Assembly (NCBI GenBank): GCA_007693555.1 | Contig: REDJ01000108.1 | Location: 55,951 to 119,950 of the forward strand | DNA length: 64,000 nt | Reading direction: 5' to 3' | DNA from: Bacteroidota bacterium | Lineage (GTDB): Bacteria; Bacteroidota; Bacteroidia; Bacteroidales; UBA7960 | In this document: piece after piece, positions 21,873-31,653 of the stretch | Position numbering within the stretch: position 1 is the first letter of the stretch | Layout: every line of letters starts with the position of its first letter | Program-made: the position numbers and the translations under genes | Notes under the pieces: model-generated | The model's input: the letters and a program-made list of their open reading frames with translations, nothing else | The model's database searches: none | What the model was told of the DNA's origin: nothing

Positions 21873-24641
21873 ATGAAGAAAAGAATATACCTGAGTTTTT
21901 TGATTTTCGCAATTATGGCCTGTACAGGTCAGATTTTCGCACAGGAAATGGAAATCAGAGGTACTGTAAGAGACGTTTCTGATCAACAAACCTTACCTGG
22001 TGTGAATGTTACTGTAAAAGGAACTACAATTGGTTCGGTTACCGATATCAATGGTCAATACCGAATTACAGCACCGATTGGTTCTGTAATTGTATTCACC
22101 TTTGTGGGAATGCAAACCAAGGAGGTAGAAGTGGATGGCAGAACAAATATTATCAATGTAGATCTGCGTAGCGAAGTGGCGATACTTCAAGAATTTGTTG
22201 TAGCTGTTTCGGCCATTGCACGCGACAGAGAAACGCCGGTTGCCATTTCTAACATAAGTGCTGAAGTAATCAGCGAGCGATTGGGTTCACAGGAGTTTCC
22301 TGAAATTCTCAAATCCACACCCAGTGTCTATGCTACAAAAGATGGCGGTGGTTTTGGTGATGGCCGTATCAACCTAAGGGGCTTCGACTCCAACAATATT
22401 GGAGTATTGATCAATGGAGTTCCGGTAAATGATATGGAGAACGGTCGTGTTTACTGGTCAAACTGGGCCGGACTATCTGACGTCACTCAGACTATGCAGG
22501 TGCAACGTGGCCTTGGTGCTTCCAGGCTGGCAATCAGTTCAGTAGGAGGTACCATTAATATAGTTACTCAAACTACTGATGCCAGAAAAGGGGGAACGGT
22601 TTTTTATGGATTCGGACATGATGGTTATCAGCGCAGATCCATTTCACTATCTACCGGAATGCTTGAAAATGACTGGACAGTTACCGCACTTGGAGGACGA
22701 ACAACCGGTCATGGTTTCGTGGATGGCACTGAGTTTGACGGCTGGTCTTATTTTCTTAATGCATCAAAAAAAGTAAACGACCAGCATATACTCAGCTTCA
22801 CTGCCTTTGGAGCACCGCAATGGCATAACCAACGCTGGCCACGTCAATTGGTACAAACCTATCGTGATCATGAGAAGGGAATTCGTTATAATCCTTCGCG
22901 GGGATTGCTTAACGGGCAGTATTTCAATGCTTCTCACAATGAGTACCACAAACCTCAGCTTTCGCTGAATCACTTCTGGTCAATCAACCCCTCCACTACC
23001 CTATCAACTGCATTGTATGCTTCCATTTCTTCGGGTGGTGGACGCAGAACTCTTGGACCTCAAAACTCATGGTTTCAATATGATCGCAATACGGGAAAAC
23101 CTGTTCAGGGCACAACAAAGCTTACTCCAGATGGGTATCTCGATTTTGACTATGCCCTGGAGCATAATGCAAATTTGCTCAATGGTTCTGAAGTTATTAT
23201 TGGGAATGCCATGAATGAACATGACTGGTACGGTATGTTGTCAACCATGCAGCATGAAATTCAAAATTTGCGTTTCACCGGAGGTCTTGATTTACGGTAT
23301 TACAGGGGGTATCATTATCAGATGGTAACGCATTTACTGGGTGGCACTCACTACCAGGACAACAGAACTATGAGAGATTACCAGAACAATGATTCAATTG
23401 TTTCAAGAAACGTAAACAGGGCCCCTTACGAAAGGCTGGGTGTTGGAGATAAAATAGGATATCATGATTTGGGTGAAGTTGGATGGGCTGGTATGTTTAC
23501 ACAGGCAGAATATGTTACTCCTGAATATTCCGCATTTATTTCTGCTACCCTTTCCAATACCAGCTATCGTCGTACAGATTATTTTCTCTATTTTGATGAT
23601 GACTCTCCGCACAGACCTATGTTTTTAGACAAAGCAGAGTCACTTTTAAATCAGGCCAATGAAGCATTTGCAGCAGGTGACACGGCTACGTACGATGAGC
23701 TATTGACACAATCCAACAGAATTAATAATATGCAGGCGCTGGAACCCCAGAGGTCTGACTGGGTTGATTTTCTGGCCTTTAGCATAAAAGGAGGTGCCAA
23801 TTACAATATTACTGACAATCATAATGTTTTTGCGAACGCCGGTTATTTCACCCGGGCACCATTTTTCAGATTTGCTTTTGTTGGCTTTACCAATGTCATC
23901 AATACCGGAGTAAACCATGAAAGAGTATTTTCATCCGAAATAGGATATGGTTATCGTTCTCCTTTTGCAGCTGCCAATGTTATACTATACCGCACCGAAT
24001 GGCTTGACAAAGCACTGGTAAGAAACCTGGGTCAGGGACTCATTGCCAATATTACCGGCCTGGATGCATTACACCAGGGACTTGAAATAGATTTTACGCT
24101 ACGTCCGGTTAAAGATCTTGAAATAAGGGGTATGTTCTCTTACGGTGACTGGAAATGGCAGGATGATGTAATTGCGGAAATTTATGACGATAACCAGGAG
24201 CTTCAGGATGTGGTTGAAGTTTATGCCGGAGGCCTAAGAGTGGGTAACTCAGCACAAACTACTGCTGCATTGGGTGCAAATTATGAGGTTCTTCCGAACG
24301 TGAGACTGGGATTTGATATCAATCATTTTGACAGGAACTTTGCCAACTTCAATGTAGAAGATCGCGGTGACCCAAGATCTATTGGTCAGAATGCATGGCA
24401 AATGCCTTCACATCAGCTGGTTGATTTGTATCTGAGATACAGGTTTAAGATAGCCGGACTGGATGCCACACTTATATCCAATATCAATAACCTGTTTAAT
24501 ACAAGTGTGATAAGGGATGCTACTGACGGTGTAAAATTTGATGATGATACAAATGCCCCTATTTATGGTTTACCCGAGACAGCTATTGTATACTATGGCT
24601 GGGGACGAACATGGACAACCTCTATCAGGGTGAGGTTTTAA
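21873..24641 (+). CDS. TonB-dependent receptor (CarboxypepD_reg-like N-domain, plug, beta-barrel; non-SusC type)
   Basis: LPGVNVTVKGT...TDINGQY N-domain; plug INLRGF...INGVPVNDMENGRVYWSNWAGL...VQRG...GGTINIVT; INNLFN; C-terminal GRTWTTSIRVRF. Confidence 0.93.
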   Translation: MKKRIYLSFLIFAIMACTGQIFAQEMEIRGTVRDVSDQQTLPGVNVTVKGTTIGSVTDINGQYRITAPIGSVIVFTFVGMQTKEVEVDGRTNIINVDLRSEVAILQEFVVAVSAIARDRETPVAISNISAEVISERLGSQEFPEILKSTPSVYATKDGGGFGDGRINLRGFDSNNIGVLINGVPVNDMENGRVYWSNWAGLSDVTQTMQVQRGLGASRLAISSVGGTINIVTQTTDARKGGTVFYGFGHDGYQRRSISLSTGMLENDWTVTALGGRTTGHGFVDGTEFDGWSYFLNASKKVNDQHILSFTAFGAPQWHNQRWPRQLVQTYRDHEKGIRYNPSRGLLNGQYFNASHNEYHKPQLSLNHFWSINPSTTLSTALYASISSGGGRRTLGPQNSWFQYDRNTGKPVQGTTKLTPDGYLDFDYALEHNANLLNGSEVIIGNAMNEHDWYGMLSTMQHEIQNLRFTGGLDLRYYRGYHYQMVTHLLGGTHYQDNRTMRDYQNNDSIVSRNVNRAPYERLGVGDKIGYHDLGEVGWAGMFTQAEYVTPEYSAFISATLSNTSYRRTDYFLYFDDDSPHRPMFLDKAESLLNQANEAFAAGDTATYDELLTQSNRINNMQALEPQRSDWVDFLAFSIKGGANYNITDNHNVFANAGYFTRAPFFRFAFVGFTNVINTGVNHERVFSSEIGYGYRSPFAAANVILYRTEWLDKALVRNLGQGLIANITGLDALHQGLEIDFTLRPVKDLEIRGMFSYGDWKWQDDVIAEIYDDNQELQDVVEVYAGGLRVGNSAQTTAALGANYEVLPNVRLGFDINHFDRNFANFNVEDRGDPRSIGQNAWQMPSHQLVDLYLRYRFKIAGLDATLISNINNLFNTSVIRDATDGVKFDDDTNAPIYGLPETAIVYYGWGRTWTTSIRVRF

Positions 24642-24676
24642 TTCATTGATTTTGTAATCTTATAAAACTCAAAGAT

Positions 24677-25996
24677 ATGAATACAATTAAAAAGCTATTA
24701 TTGATATTGGTTCTTATGGCCGCACTTTTCTCAGCCTGTGATCCAAACAGAGAATTATATGATCTTCTCGATGATATGCAAGATCCTCATAATGAAGGGA
24801 TTGAATATACTCTTGTAGAAGCTGATTATACACGGTTTCCCGGATTCATAAGAGATAACCTGGCTTTTAATGATACTTTGCCGGCTATGGATTTTGTACC
24901 GGATATATTGAAGGTAAGGTTTGTTACACTCAGGCAGGAAAGCAGCGCAATGGTCACATATAACCATTTTCTGATTCATCCTCTTTGGTGGGATGCAGGA
25001 TTTGGGTATGAAATGACCGAGGAAGATTATGGTGAAGATGGAGTAAACATTGATGGAAATGCCTTTACAGAAAACAATCCTGCAAAGAATCACCTGCCTT
25101 CATTCTTACGCATTTTGTTTCCGGGAGCAGATGAAGGAGATATAGTACATATTATCTACAATTTTATTACAGAAGGAGAAACGATCAAGAATCTTGATAA
25201 ATACGAATTTAACGGCCAGATATGGATATGGCAGGAAACCATTTCTGATATACCTTACGTTGGCTATGAGCTTACTGCAGAAGATTACGAGAATTTTGGC
25301 GGTACAGTAGCAAGATTCGGAAATTTCAGTGAAAGTTATCCGCCTGAAACACATTTGCCTGTATTATTAAAAAACTTGTTCCCATTTGCACTTGAAGGTG
25401 CCGAACAGGTTGTGAAATACAGATATCGCGATGGCAGCCAGGTAGTAAACCGTATTGACAAATATGAATTTGACGGCACACATTGGATAAAAATCCCATA
25501 CATTGAAGAGCGGTCAGAACAGTATATTTTTGGGGCTCTTGGTTGGGCATTTGATCCCACAGTTACCTTCCAGATGGGCTGGAGTGATTATATGTACCTG
25601 GCAGAAATTGACCCCATTCCCCATGAAACTTTCAGTGACTTTGGGTACTATTATGGTGCCAGTGCGTTCTTCAGGAATTTTGATATCAGGTTAATTGGCA
25701 GAAGACTTAACAAAGATGATGATGGAAACTACAGAGACCCGCAGCTGGGAGAGATTTATGAGAATGAAGGCTCGGAAGCTGCCATGGATGAAATGTTGCG
25801 TAGAATAAAAGAAGAAGGAATTATTTTGCTTTTACAGCATAAATTTCCCGATGCTACACCCCAGGTTGGAGGCATTGATGTGCACTATATAGTACATTTT
25901 GAAACATTTGCCGATAACTGGGTAAGAAACTACCCGGTAGCCGAATATATTTGTGTTGCAGCAGGCAATCCGCCGCAATTTGAATTGATCGAATAA
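24677..25996 (+). CDS. Surface lipoprotein with three internal repeats (TBDR partner, not SusD)
   Basis: Lipobox FSAC followed by acidic residues; three YxLxxxDY...F...P...L...F repeats; 35 nt after the TBDR. Confidence 0.8.
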   Translation: MNTIKKLLLILVLMAALFSACDPNRELYDLLDDMQDPHNEGIEYTLVEADYTRFPGFIRDNLAFNDTLPAMDFVPDILKVRFVTLRQESSAMVTYNHFLIHPLWWDAGFGYEMTEEDYGEDGVNIDGNAFTENNPAKNHLPSFLRILFPGADEGDIVHIIYNFITEGETIKNLDKYEFNGQIWIWQETISDIPYVGYELTAEDYENFGGTVARFGNFSESYPPETHLPVLLKNLFPFALEGAEQVVKYRYRDGSQVVNRIDKYEFDGTHWIKIPYIEERSEQYIFGALGWAFDPTVTFQMGWSDYMYLAEIDPIPHETFSDFGYYYGASAFFRNFDIRLIGRRLNKDDDGNYRDPQLGEIYENEGSEAAMDEMLRRIKEEGIILLLQHKFPDATPQVGGIDVHYIVHFETFADNWVRNYPVAEYICVAAGNPPQFELIE

Positions 25997-26019
25997 ACTT
26001 AATTGCAATAGTTTTTAAT

Positions 26020-26057
26020 AAACAAAGAGGCAAGCCGACCAGCTTGCCTCTTTGTTT
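26020..26057. terminator. Bidirectional terminator between convergent genes
   Basis: Perfect 16-bp stem aaacaaagaggcaagc / gcttgcctctttgttt. Confidence 0.88.
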
Positions 26058-26080
26058 GGGATATAATTAAAAACTAAGGA

Positions 26081-28339
26081 TTATCTCTGAATTTGTAATT
26101 TGTAATTCAAATGATTGTTGCTATATACAACCTGAACAATATAAATTCCTGTTTTTAAATCACTCACATTGATAACAGTTGAATTGTCATCAACCCGCTC
26201 CTGCAAAACCAACTGTCCGTTCATATTATATACGCGCACATAATCAATGGTATGCTCTCCTGATATGGTAAATTGTGTTACCGCGGGATTGGGAAACATG
26301 CTGAAGCCTGCAGCTTCAATTTCCTGTATGCTTGTTGGCTCAAGAAAATCTTCAAGTGACCTGGGTTGTAGTCTGGTTACTTCCCAACGCTGATGTAATA
26401 CTCCAATAAGGTCTTTGGGTTCGGTGGGTATGGGTGTACCGAAATAGTCAAGCAAATCTGCGAAATTGGGCGTTCTTATTACCCCTTCACCTGAGTCATC
26501 AAAAATAAAATAAGACCGGTTATGTGCAAAGTTAGGGTCATCAGGAAAATCAGGATGGTCAAAGTCAAATGAAACGTTTTTTACAAGTACAAGCATACCC
26601 TGCATGTCCTCATTAAGGTCAGCCAGTGTAAACACCATGGGCTCAACAGTGTTCCCGGTTGAACTGGGGGCTCCAAAATCCTCAACAGGGACAAATTGCA
26701 GCATATTCTGAAAAACATCAAGTTTACCCCTGATATTGGTAAGACCTTCATAAGTATTGTATTCAGTAGTAATTATACCATCATCGTCATCAATCATGAT
26801 AGCTCCTGTTTCATCCTGAATGTAAAACTGTCCACGATATGCCTGCTGCACATGTGTTATAACTACCTCTCCGGTAACCTCGTAAACCAAATCACCATCT
26901 TCCTGTTCTCTTAATGAAGCAATATCGTCTACCAGGATAGCTTCAGGAGCCTGCTCAATTACAATATCATCAATGAACCACTGATGTGCATCTTCGCCCT
27001 GGTAAACAAATGCAATGTAAACAACTTTTCCGGCAAAGTCTCCAAGGTTTACAATGCGTTCTGCATAACTGGCAATTCCTGTGGATGATTCATATACTTC
27101 AACAAACTCATTTTGCTCAGGATTTCCACTACCCGTAGAAACTTTAACTCCGCTGTAATCATATCTGCCAGTCATAAAAGCATTTCTCTGGAAGAATTTC
27201 AACAGCATGTTTTCTTCTTCAGGAAGCTGGATTTGTGGCGATACAAGCCACGAGTCTGCCTCATCTGCGAAGAAATCATGAAAAGCTGCTTTTTCTCCGC
27301 TATGGGCAGTTGAAGTTGATGCCCAGCCTCCGTCACCATATGCATAATGGCTCCAGGTTAATGGAGGAAATTCTTCACCTTCAAAGTCTTCTTCCCATGG
27401 GAATTCAGTTACAAGATTGGGCGATATTTCTACCAGTACCACGGTAATGGTTGCATCTTCAGAAACAGCGATCATTCCTTCACGGGTAAAATATCCTTCT
27501 TTTACAATAGTAAAGGGATGACTACCACCGGGTACTTCTTCAAACAGATAATCTCCGGCATCGTTGGTCTGATCTCCCAGGGTAATTACCGCATCTGTAA
27601 CAGGGTCATTGTTTTCATCAATAACATCAAAGGTTATATCATAAGTAGCCAGTGACTCAAAATCTGAAAGAAAACGTGCAGTCAGAAAATCACCTTCAGC
27701 CCGTGAATTTGGTAATCCTGTAATATTAAATGGCCCTCCGGGAATGGGTGTTCCGATGTAATCTTCACCAAAGAAGGTTGTTCTGAATTCGGCTATTATC
27801 TCTCCATCAGTAATTTCGTATACCTGACCGTTGGCAAAGTTACCGGTAGGTTCAACAAAGCTTATATCCAATACTTTTACCAGTCTTGACTGGTAATCCA
27901 TAAAATTATCAACAAACTCTGAAAGACTGATTTCCAGTGGTATTACTTCATTATCCTCTGATGTTGCTTCACCCGGATCCTCAGCCGGTACAAACTGACG
28001 CATATTGCCAAAAATACTTATGGTACCCGTGAGACCGGTAATACCATCATAAAGGTTATAAGAGGTGGTAATAACTCCAGGGTTGTCATCAATAAGGATT
28101 CCTCCGGTTTCGTCCTGGATGTATTTGTGATTTCGGAAACTTTGTTGGTAGGTAAGCACTACTTCTCCTGTTACCTCGTAAACAGTGTCATTGTCAATAA
28201 AATCCATTTCCAGAAGTTCGCCAAGATTTTGTACCTGCACAACATCATTGTTTTCCTTTGGTGTTTGTGAAAAAACAGCGCTGTTTATTGCACCTGCAAA
28301 TATTATCAGCAAAATGTTTAAAATTGTAATTTTTTTCAT
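26081..28339 (-). CDS. T9SS-secreted protein: two tandem OB-fold-like (DUF5689/YhcR-type) modules flanking an Ig-like and a cleaved-adhesin (choice-of-anchor J) domain
   Basis: Signal peptide; duplicated VYEVTGEVV...YIQDETG module; EDFEG...DSWLVSPQI...YIAF...WFIDDI adhesin motif; type A CTD (MFPNPA...VYNMNGQLV...LKTGIYIV). Confidence 0.8.
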   Translation of the reverse strand: MKKITILNILLIIFAGAINSAVFSQTPKENNDVVQVQNLGELLEMDFIDNDTVYEVTGEVVLTYQQSFRNHKYIQDETGGILIDDNPGVITTSYNLYDGITGLTGTISIFGNMRQFVPAEDPGEATSEDNEVIPLEISLSEFVDNFMDYQSRLVKVLDISFVEPTGNFANGQVYEITDGEIIAEFRTTFFGEDYIGTPIPGGPFNITGLPNSRAEGDFLTARFLSDFESLATYDITFDVIDENNDPVTDAVITLGDQTNDAGDYLFEEVPGGSHPFTIVKEGYFTREGMIAVSEDATITVVLVEISPNLVTEFPWEEDFEGEEFPPLTWSHYAYGDGGWASTSTAHSGEKAAFHDFFADEADSWLVSPQIQLPEEENMLLKFFQRNAFMTGRYDYSGVKVSTGSGNPEQNEFVEVYESSTGIASYAERIVNLGDFAGKVVYIAFVYQGEDAHQWFIDDIVIEQAPEAILVDDIASLREQEDGDLVYEVTGEVVITHVQQAYRGQFYIQDETGAIMIDDDDGIITTEYNTYEGLTNIRGKLDVFQNMLQFVPVEDFGAPSSTGNTVEPMVFTLADLNEDMQGMLVLVKNVSFDFDHPDFPDDPNFAHNRSYFIFDDSGEGVIRTPNFADLLDYFGTPIPTEPKDLIGVLHQRWEVTRLQPRSLEDFLEPTSIQEIEAAGFSMFPNPAVTQFTISGEHTIDYVRVYNMNGQLVLQERVDDNSTVINVSDLKTGIYIVQVVYSNNHLNYKLQIQR

Positions 28340-28524
28340 GATATTTTTTTTGGTTAGTAATTAATTAAATGCTTTTTTTAACAACTTTTTTTATGATCAT
28401 CAGATAACAAATTTAGAAAAAACTTCATGCCTTAAGAAATTTATTCATTAAAGTTTTATTAAATATTTTCCACTGTCGGAAAGGATTATCTGAATCATGC
28501 GTCATAGCTGTAAATCTTATTTTG

Positions 28525-28532
28525 TACCTTTG
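28525..28532 (+). promoter_or_regulatory. -7 box for recF
   Basis: TACCTTTG 17 nt upstream of the ATG; a divergent TAAATTTG box for the T9SS gene lies at 28408-28415 (minus strand). Confidence 0.55.
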
Positions 28533-28549
28533 ACATTTCAGAATAAATT

Positions 28550-29665
28550 ATGCATTTACAATCCCTCACATTACTAAATTTTAAAAACTACCATGAGGTA
28601 AAACTTGACTTTCTCTCGCGGATCAATTGTTTTGCCGGTAACAACGGATCAGGTAAAACCAATCTGCTGGATGCCATATATTATCTCTCATTTTGCAAAG
28701 GCTTTTGTAATCCTTCTGATATACAGAATATACTTTTTGATGAAGAATTCTTTGTTATTCAGGGACAATACAAAGTAAACGGAAACAAAGACGAACTCTA
28801 TTGTGCTGTTAAAAAGGGGCAAAGAAAAGTTTTTAAAAGAAATAAAAAGGAGTATGACCGCTTAGCGGATCATATTGGATTCTATCCGTTGGTTTTGATT
28901 TACCCCGGGGATGTGCATCTTATTCAGGGTGGCAGTGATGAAAGAAGGAAATTTGTGGATGGGGTAATTGCCCAATATAATAAAGAATACCTGCACAGAT
29001 TGCTTGATTATAATAAGGCCCTGCTTCAACGGAATATATTGCTGAAAACTTTTGCTGAAAAGAGATATTTTGATGAAGCGAGTCTGGAAATATGGGATGA
29101 ACAATTAAAAATAAACGGTATCTATATTTTTGAGGAGAGAAAAAGTTTTTTTGAACGTTTTAAACCTGTTTTTCAGAAAAATCATGATGAACTTACAGGT
29201 AAAGCAGAGAGTATTGATATCGATTATGAATCGCAGTTAAAGGAATCCGATCCCGGTGAATTGCTTTTACAATCGCGTAATAAAGACCGGATTCTGCAAC
29301 ATACCACTACGGGTATTCATAAGGATAACCTGGTTTTTTTGCTAAACGGGCAAGCCATGAAAAAATTTGGCAGCCAGGGCCAACAGAAATCCTATGTAAT
29401 TGCCCTGAAGCTGGCACAGTTTCAGTTTACAAAACAATTAAAGGGCTTTAATCCCATTCTTTTATTCGATGATATATTTGATAAACTGGATCCACGTCGG
29501 GTTGAATTGTTGGTACGAATGGTGAGCGAAAATGATTTCGGACAGGTTTTCATAACAGATACGCATACAGAAAGACTTGTTGAAATTCTGGAAAAACTGA
29601 AAGTAAAATCTCGTATTTTTGACATAGTATATGGTGAAATAGCAGCCATTAAGGAATTTGGTTAG
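28550..29665 (+). CDS. recF: DNA replication and repair protein RecF
   Basis: NFKNY; Walker A GNNGSGKTN; GIHKD; GSQGQQKS; LLFDDIFDKLD; QVFITDT. Confidence 0.95.
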   Translation: MHLQSLTLLNFKNYHEVKLDFLSRINCFAGNNGSGKTNLLDAIYYLSFCKGFCNPSDIQNILFDEEFFVIQGQYKVNGNKDELYCAVKKGQRKVFKRNKKEYDRLADHIGFYPLVLIYPGDVHLIQGGSDERRKFVDGVIAQYNKEYLHRLLDYNKALLQRNILLKTFAEKRYFDEASLEIWDEQLKINGIYIFEERKSFFERFKPVFQKNHDELTGKAESIDIDYESQLKESDPGELLLQSRNKDRILQHTTTGIHKDNLVFLLNGQAMKKFGSQGQQKSYVIALKLAQFQFTKQLKGFNPILLFDDIFDKLDPRRVELLVRMVSENDFGQVFITDTHTERLVEILEKLKVKSRIFDIVYGEIAAIKEFG

Positions 29666-29692
29666 AGCACATTAAATCTTCCGGACGAAAGA

Positions 29693-29983
29693 ATGCAAAA
29701 AAGCAACGAACAAAGCCTTGGTGAAATTATCAAACAGTGGTTGAAACAATCAAACACTGAGGAAAAGATTGTTGAAGTAAGGATACATGCATCCTGGGCG
29801 AAAATAATGGGAGGTGACATCAACAGGCTCACAGAAAAACTGGTTTATAAAAACAAAACTCTTACTGTTTACTTGCGTTCTGCTCCCCTGCGTGAAGAAC
29901 TATCTATGGCAAGAACAAAAATCATCAAAATGATAAACATAGAATTTGATTCAAAAGTTGTAGAGGAGGTTATTTTCAGATAA
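29693..29983 (+). CDS. DUF721/DciA family protein
   Basis: W..IMG...LTVYLRSAPLREELSM motif; typical position directly after recF. Confidence 0.85.
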   Translation: MQKSNEQSLGEIIKQWLKQSNTEEKIVEVRIHASWAKIMGGDINRLTEKLVYKNKTLTVYLRSAPLREELSMARTKIIKMINIEFDSKVVEEVIFR

Positions 29984-30911
29984 TTTCAAGTTCAAGCCGG
30001 CTTTTTCGGATTCTATCCACTTTGCACCTCACCTTTTTTTTATTGCTGAGAAGTTTGGTCTGCTCAGGTTCAATGAAGGTTTTAATGTCATCGCTATAAG
30101 GGTCTTCCAATACCAGGACATCCTGTACCGATCCGTCAGAAAAATGTAGTTTTTGAATTTCCCTTATCGTAAATTCATATTCTTCTCCCTGAATATACCA
30201 AGGATTTTCGGGTTCAAGAAAAAAGAAACCTTCACTGGTAAATTTATCTACACGGCAATTGATCTGCATCCCCTTTTTCAGGCCATAATGGGTATAGTAC
30301 TTTTTGGTAAGCAAATGTTTGTTGTTGTTTCCATCTAGCAAAACAAAATAGGAAAGTTTATCACGAGGATTTATACGGTCATTAACAATTGTAAAAGTGT
30401 AGGTTTTGCCGGTTTCAAGCCCGGCATGTATGGGTTTATCTGATGCAAGACTTAGAAACAATTTCCCTTTTTTAATGCGCTCGAGTCTGCATTTAGCGAT
30501 GTCTGAATTTTCTTCCAGATACTTTTGAGAATAAACTTTCACAGGCCATTTTAATCCAAAAACATCTCTTACCGTTATAAAATACTCGGGCTCATCCAGA
30601 ATATTTATGCGTACACCTGAGCTTTCAACATCAAAAAAATATTCCTCACTTTCCTTATACCGGGGATGCAGAGGTTCAAGAAACATACGCCCATTGCAAT
30701 TGATTTTGTCAACCCTGCATTCAATTATTTGTCCGGCCTCAAAGCCATAATGGGGATAAAAATGTGCCGGCATCAATACTTTGTAACCCATCGGATCCTG
30801 CATAACAAAAAAGGATTCATCGCCCAACTCCATGGTTTTGAGAATCCGGAAAGGATAATATTTTCCTTCTGTTAATCTGGAATTGGAGACTTTTAGATTT
30901 CTGATACGCAT
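29976..30911 (-). CDS. Hypothetical cytoplasmic protein with four S1/OB-fold-like repeats
   Basis: Four ~75-aa units, each ending in C-[RK]-[VL]-[DE]-[KR]-[IF]...L; no signal peptide. Confidence 0.65.
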   Translation of the reverse strand: MRIRNLKVSNSRLTEGKYYPFRILKTMELGDESFFVMQDPMGYKVLMPAHFYPHYGFEAGQIIECRVDKINCNGRMFLEPLHPRYKESEEYFFDVESSGVRINILDEPEYFITVRDVFGLKWPVKVYSQKYLEENSDIAKCRLERIKKGKLFLSLASDKPIHAGLETGKTYTFTIVNDRINPRDKLSYFVLLDGNNNKHLLTKKYYTHYGLKKGMQINCRVDKFTSEGFFFLEPENPWYIQGEEYEFTIREIQKLHFSDGSVQDVLVLEDPYSDDIKTFIEPEQTKLLSNKKKVRCKVDRIRKSRLELEII

Positions 30912-30987
30912 ATTCTGAATCAGGTTATATTTTTTGGCTGACCAGCAGATTAGTTGATATTTCTAAATTCGCGAAACACAGAAGGTT

Positions 30988-31599
30988 TTATTCGGAAATT
31001 TCTTCTGAAAGAATTATTTTACCTCCATTTTTAAGAACAGTTTTCTTCATGTTCTCCCAACCCTTCTTATCGATTGGCCTGGTGGCATCTTCAATAAGAT
31101 TCGTATCAAAACCCAGTCCGAGAGAATCGAGTGTTGTAAAACCAACACAAAAGTCTGCAGCTAAACCCCCGATAAAAACACGGGTAACTCCCCTGCCCTT
31201 CAGGTAATCACCCAACCCGGTTGATTTCTTTTTACCATTATCAAAAAAACCGCTGTATGAGTCAATTCCCGTGTCTGTTCCCTTACGGAAAATGGCTTCA
31301 ACTAAATGCATTTCGAGCTCTGAAGAAAAATCCGCACCTTTTTGACCCTGCACGCAATGGTCTGGCCATAGTATCTGGTCTAATCCTCCAAGCTGGGTTT
31401 GTTCAAATTCATTTTTACCGGGATGATTGGAAGCAAAACTTCCATGATCCTGAGGATGCCAGTCCTGGGTTGCAACTACCAAAGGAAATTTTTTGCTTAT
31501 ACGATTCAGTACAGGAATAATTTTATCTCCTTCAGGCACGGCAAGAGCTCCTCCGGGTAAAAAATCATTTTGTACGTCTACTAATAATAATGCATCCAT
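30988..31599 (-). CDS. pncA: Nicotinamidase/pyrazinamidase
   Basis: VDVQNDFLPGGALAV; QDWHP; WPDHCVQ; KG...DSYSGF; GLAADFCV. Confidence 0.95.
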   Translation of the reverse strand: MDALLLVDVQNDFLPGGALAVPEGDKIIPVLNRISKKFPLVVATQDWHPQDHGSFASNHPGKNEFEQTQLGGLDQILWPDHCVQGQKGADFSSELEMHLVEAIFRKGTDTGIDSYSGFFDNGKKKSTGLGDYLKGRGVTRVFIGGLAADFCVGFTTLDSLGLGFDTNLIEDATRPIDKKGWENMKKTVLKNGGKIILSEEISE

Positions 31600-31653
31600 T
31601 TTTCCTGGTTTTTAAGTTAATATATCTGGGTTTGTAGCGATCAGGTCAAAATT

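Noticed and set aside
21873-25996. SusC/SusD polysaccharide utilisation locus
   Set aside because: The TBDR lacks SusC signature motifs, the lipoprotein is not SusD-like, and no CAZymes are adjacent
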